Part shown: positions 60,180 to 64,000 of the stretch, piece by piece
How positions within the stretch are numbered: the stretch's first letter is position 1
Layout of the letters: each line of letters starts with the position of its first letter
Assembly (NCBI GenBank): GCA_037137535.1
Contig: JBAXKC010000007.1
Coordinates: forward strand, 1-64,000
Direction: 5' to 3'
DNA from: a bacterium
GTDB lineage: Bacteria > Cyanobacteriota > Vampirovibrionia > Gastranaerophilales > JBAXKC01
DNA: 64,000 nucleotides
Notes under the pieces: model-generated
The model's database searches: none
What the model saw: only the letters and a program-made list of their open reading frames with translations
Told to the model about the DNA's origin: nothing
Translations under genes and position numbers: made by a program

Positions 60180-60836
60180 TTAAAACAAATTAAATATAGA
60201 TGCAACGCTGACTAATGCAACATCAGAAATTAAATTTGCAGCAGTCCAAAAAACATGTGAAGCACCTGGAATAATGCATAGAACTAAAAATAAAAGAAGA
60301 TATCCATTATTTCCAATTTTTTCATAGATTTTATTAACGGCAGGAATCAAATATTTAGCAATATGACTACCCTCCAGCGGTGGTAAAGGAATTAAAGTAA
60401 ATAATGCTAATACGGCATTTGCCTGACTACCTGTCTGAAAACAAAATAACAGGTTCTTTTTTACATGTACAGGAATAAAAGATAAATTATTTTTCAAACA
60501 AACTATATATAATAAAGAAAAGACAAAAACCATAACCAAACTCGCAAGTGGTCCTGCTAAGCTGACAAGGGCTTTGCTGTATTTATGCTTATATGTTTTG
60601 TTCTCCATATCAAAAGAATCCCAAAACATTCCAAATAAAACCAGTAGAATAAGCGACATATAATTCAAATAATAAACAGGATTAAAAGAAAAATAATCTT
60701 TTCTTTTAATGGCTAAATCAGTTTGTTTATAGGAAACAGCAGCATGAGCTAATTGATGAATATAAGCCGAAATTATGACTATAACAATCCAAGTAATATA
60801 AAGTTGAAAATCTGTAAATAAATATTGTATAAACAT
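60180..60836 (-). CDS. Site-2 protease (M50)-like membrane protein with degenerate active site
   Basis: HQLAH, VSLAGPLA, FTLIPLPPLEGS. Confidence 0.75.
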   Translation of the reverse strand: MFIQYLFTDFQLYITWIVIVIISAYIHQLAHAAVSYKQTDLAIKRKDYFSFNPVYYLNYMSLILLVLFGMFWDSFDMENKTYKHKYSKALVSLAGPLASLVMVFVFSLLYIVCLKNNLSFIPVHVKKNLLFCFQTGSQANAVLALFTLIPLPPLEGSHIAKYLIPAVNKIYEKIGNNGYLLLFLVLCIIPGASHVFWTAANLISDVALVSVASIFNLF

Positions 60837-60972
60837 TTTTAAATTCCTATCCTTTAAACCTATTATAATCTCTAAACAATAGATTTATACCAACTATTTT
60901 AACGAAAATTTAATAAGTTTCAAAATAATGTAAAATATTTAAAAAAACATGTATAAAAATTTCAAAAGGACT

Positions 60973-60999
60973 ATCAATATTTTTTATTTTTGGTTTTTA
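60973..60999 (+). promoter_or_regulatory. ATCAA-N15-GTTTTTA upstream box (variant)
   Basis: 36 nt upstream of the 61036 start. Confidence 0.4.
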
Positions 61000-61035
61000 A
61001 GCACTTATCAAGATTTTTATTAGTGAAAGTTTAGA

Positions 61036-62271
61036 GTGAATTATATGATTTATTCGATTAAGCCACAAACAAACTTGCAATATCACAACAAGAAAGTCGA
61101 AAATAAAAACATCAATAACTTCTCTAATAATGCTTCGTCAAAAAGCATCAATTTTACAGGAAATAATCCTGATCTTGCAACAAAAATTGCGAAATCCATA
61201 CCTGATGGAGTTTTTACATTTAAACCAATTCAAGGATTGTTTAAACTTGCACAAAAAGATTTAGCCTTATTTGATGCGGTTTTAACATTCGCATTGGTGG
61301 CGTCAATAAGACCATTAACGATTATGGCAATGCCTGGCGCAAGCAAAGAAGATAAACAATATGCCGCTACAAAAGCTATGGCTGGTGGAGCAATTGGCTT
61401 AGGTTTAACAGCCTTACTTTTTACTCCCGTTACAAAAGCTGTTAAAGGTGTATCAAAAGAACTGTTTAAAGGACTTGCTAACTCCGAGAAGAAAGAAAAA
61501 GCCTTTGAATATTTAATGAATTATGGTGCTAAGTTTATTATTGCACCGCTTCAAGCCTTTTTACTGGTGGAATCAATTCATCCTATTATGGATTTAGTAT
61601 TCCCTAAGAAAAACAAGAAAACAGAAGAAAAAAAATCTACTGAAAAGGCCTTTACCTCAAACCAAACTGTTAAATCAAATAATTCCGCAAGTTTACTTAA
61701 CATTCTTGAAGAAGCTAATAAAAATAAATCCTTAAAAACTGAAAACAGAACTGCTTTATTCTCACAAAAACCGACTGCTAAAGTTACAAGCTTTGGTGGA
61801 CTTCAATCTTTCTTTGATAATTTAATTAAAGAAAACCCTGCTACTAAAAAAACTAATCTTGATACAATTAAAAAATTTGCTCCCGCTATATCAGGGTTAT
61901 GGTTAGAAGGTTGTTATTCTACGGCTTCTATCTCTTCCGACAAAATACCTAAAGAAAGAAAAGCTCCATTAGTAATCAATCTTTTATTTACTGGAGTAAC
62001 TTCTGCGATCGGAAGTATTGCATTAGCTCCGTTTATTGAAAAATGTGAAGTTGCACTTGTAAAAAGATTTAATGAAATTAATGGAATTAAAGCTCTTGAA
62101 CAACAAGAACGAACTGTATTAGGCGAAGGCTTAAAAGCAATGCCACATATTGCAATAGCAGCAATACTTTTACATTATATTTGTCCTGTAATAGCTACAC
62201 CTATTGCAGATAAAGTGAATAAATTCCTTATTAAGCAAAATATCCTTAAAGCTCCTGACACTAAAAAATAA
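61036..62271 (+). CDS. Orphan multi-helix membrane protein with INFTG and TSFGG motifs
   Basis: Two modules, each a polar linker, an xxFxG motif and hydrophobic helices; architecture parallels 159..2108. Confidence 0.75.
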   Translation: MNYMIYSIKPQTNLQYHNKKVENKNINNFSNNASSKSINFTGNNPDLATKIAKSIPDGVFTFKPIQGLFKLAQKDLALFDAVLTFALVASIRPLTIMAMPGASKEDKQYAATKAMAGGAIGLGLTALLFTPVTKAVKGVSKELFKGLANSEKKEKAFEYLMNYGAKFIIAPLQAFLLVESIHPIMDLVFPKKNKKTEEKKSTEKAFTSNQTVKSNNSASLLNILEEANKNKSLKTENRTALFSQKPTAKVTSFGGLQSFFDNLIKENPATKKTNLDTIKKFAPAISGLWLEGCYSTASISSDKIPKERKAPLVINLLFTGVTSAIGSIALAPFIEKCEVALVKRFNEINGIKALEQQERTVLGEGLKAMPHIAIAAILLHYICPVIATPIADKVNKFLIKQNILKAPDTKK

Positions 62272-62420
62272 TTAACTCGAGTCGCTAATTCAAATTATCA
62301 AAAACCCTCCCGCAGCACCCATAAGTGGCAAAGAGGCGATGCACCTTTGCATTTCTATATATTTTTGATAATTTAAAACTTAATAATAAGACCTTTGATT
62401 ATTTGGCGACTGAAGTTAAT
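62271..62420. repeat. Nested inverted-repeat element (MITE-like or structured RNA)
   Basis: Outer imperfect IR, inner perfect 13-bp IR AAATTATCAAAAA/TTTTTGATAATTT, GC-richer core hairpin. Confidence 0.45.
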
Positions 62421-62424
62421 TATC

Positions 62425-63813
62425 TTATTGTCCTAAAAGATTTATTATTTTATCTTCTAAATCTTTGGCGCACTTGGATTGCCCGCTATAATTCTGTATT
62501 AAGATTACAAAACTATATGTTTTATCCGTTTGCAAATATCCTGTTATTCCGCTAACTCCCGATAAAGTTCCTGTTTTTGCGAAAACCTTAAAAGTAGAAG
62601 TTTTTAATCTGGCTTGAAGTGTCCCATATTGCTGTGGCTGAGCAAGAGAATTAACATAAATATCCGACAAATTACTCTTATAAAGCCTACATAAAGCCAA
62701 ACTCATCCAATCGGACTGCATTAAGTTATAATGCGAAACACCACTTGCATCAACAAGTTTTAAATCATTAAGATTCATCCCTAAATTAGAATAAAACGAA
62801 TTAAAAGCCTTAAAACCATTCATAGTAGAACCTTGTGAGTGAGTAAATTCACCACCCGCAAGTTTAAAAAGAGTTTCAGCACCCATGTTGTCGCTTTTAT
62901 GATTAATAGAAGCAACTTCGTCACTTAAATTATGCTCTATGCTATTAATCAAAATAACATCTTGAGGCGTTTTTTCTATTTGAACATCTCCGTTAAACTC
63001 AATATTATTAGCTTTTATTATCTGTTTAAGATTTTCAATAAAATATTTTTTTGTGTTTTCTACAGGAATATAAGTTTCAGTCGGAGTTTTTATCTCGCCT
63101 AAAATATCTAAAGCCTCTGAATTTTGAGTAGATTTTTCAACAATTATATTATTTTTTGTTGAAGTTATAGCATTATTTATAATATTTATCTGATAAGGTA
63201 AATCAACCATTACTTGTGGAGGAAAACCCTTTTGAGCAGGTAAAATTTTAACTTTGAATAAATTATGGTTAAGGTTATAAGAACTGAATTTAGGCATTGA
63301 TTCATCGTTATTATCATCCCACATCCAGCCTTTGCCCCACTCTTTATTATCGATAACACTATCATCAATAATCATTGAGCCTTTAATGCGGTCAATACCT
63401 TTATTTTTAAGAGTTTTAAACATATCCGACAAATCATTAGAGGTTAAAAAAGGATCAGCAGATAGTTTTAAATATAAATTGTCATTATTTGACGACTTAT
63501 ATAAATTTGTAGCTATTTTATAATCTTTCCCTAATGTATTTAACACAACAGGTGTAGTAAAGGCTTTCAAAGTCGAAGCAGGATGTAATAATAATCGGCT
63601 ATTTCTTTCATAAATAATATTTTCGCTGTTAACGTCCCTAATTGACACAGCTATAATTGATTTTTGAGATAAAACACTATTATTAATAACTTTATCAAGA
63701 GAATTAACCAAATTTTCTTGAGCAAAAGCGTTATTATTTAAGACAGCAAACCATAAAAAAATGGTCAATAAGATTTTGTTTATTTTTATTTTTTGCCAAA
63801 ATAGTTTAAGCAT
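62425..63813 (-). CDS. dacB: D-alanyl-D-alanine carboxypeptidase/endopeptidase (PBP4, peptidase S13)
   Basis: PASTLK (SxxK), SDN, DASG, AKTGTL. Confidence 0.93.
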   Translation of the reverse strand: MLKLFWQKIKINKILLTIFLWFAVLNNNAFAQENLVNSLDKVINNSVLSQKSIIAVSIRDVNSENIIYERNSRLLLHPASTLKAFTTPVVLNTLGKDYKIATNLYKSSNNDNLYLKLSADPFLTSNDLSDMFKTLKNKGIDRIKGSMIIDDSVIDNKEWGKGWMWDDNNDESMPKFSSYNLNHNLFKVKILPAQKGFPPQVMVDLPYQINIINNAITSTKNNIIVEKSTQNSEALDILGEIKTPTETYIPVENTKKYFIENLKQIIKANNIEFNGDVQIEKTPQDVILINSIEHNLSDEVASINHKSDNMGAETLFKLAGGEFTHSQGSTMNGFKAFNSFYSNLGMNLNDLKLVDASGVSHYNLMQSDWMSLALCRLYKSNLSDIYVNSLAQPQQYGTLQARLKTSTFKVFAKTGTLSGVSGITGYLQTDKTYSFVILIQNYSGQSKCAKDLEDKIINLLGQ

Positions 63814-63916
63814 CTTAATACCTTATTAACAAAACAAGTCAGATTAATCTATTATAGCAAAAACCCCAGAAGTCATAATAACTCTGAGGTTTCTGAAAGT
63901 TAAGTTTAGATTAATC

Positions 63917-64000
63917 CTAACCGAAGTATCTTTCTAATAAGCCTTTGAAAGCCATACCGTGTCTAGCTTCATCTTTACACATTTCGTGAACTGTATCATG
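63917..64000 (-). CDS. C-terminus of reverse rubrerythrin / NADH peroxidase (partial)
   Basis: Translates HDTVHEMCKDEARHGMAFKGLLERYFG*; runs off the window edge. Confidence 0.85.
   Translation of the reverse strand, partial: HDTVHEMCKDEARHGMAFKGLLERYFG

Noticed and set aside
62325-62555. 76-aa plus-strand ORF
   Set aside because: Starts inside the inverted-repeat element and runs antisense into dacB; no RBS or motif
1420-63523. Numerous short ORFs overlapping longer genes (e.g. 1420..1836, 15402..15896, 23222..23599, 46012..46407, 59555..59875)
   Set aside because: Antisense or alternate-frame shadows of well-supported genes, with no motifs

Overview
AT-rich bacterial chromosome segment. 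It most resembles a non-photosynthetic Cyanobacteriota relative (Vampirovibrionia/Melainabacteria, Gastranaerophilales-like). That is an inference from the cyanobacterial-type LepB and prenyl synthase, flagellar-type export genes and many lineage-style orphan proteins. Housekeeping genes include cysK, ald, ggt, an emrAB-like pump, lepB-thiL-ispD, dnaX, gpsA-plsY, bioA, pth, dacB and tRNA-Leu(TAG). The centre of interest is 19.8-36.8 kb. A pilin-less Tad operon (cpaB, secretin, cpaE, cpaF, tadB, tadC) is preceded by a sigma-28-type promoter and is co-oriented with a stripped type III export-gate operon (SctQ-like fliM/N, fliO, signal-less fliP, extended fliQ, fliR). A stand-alone Tad-secretin N-domain gene sits between fliQ and fliR. 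Scattered through the window are orphan proteins with a shared [VIL][SN]F.G motif, most preceded by a shared G[TG]CAA-N15/16-GTTTTTA upstream box. Several carry effector-like domains (calpain-like protease with FHA, a transglutaminase-like triad, a GlgC-like nucleotidyltransferase, multi-helix membrane modules). Working hypothesis, unproven: a flagellum-derived, Tad-secretin-using secretion system with its own motif-tagged, co-regulated substrates. Also present: two broken genes, an ECF/anti-sigma/Spy operon with a Gln-rich hendecad-repeat protein, and small REP/MITE-like structures. No database searches were run; all calls rest on motif recognition.
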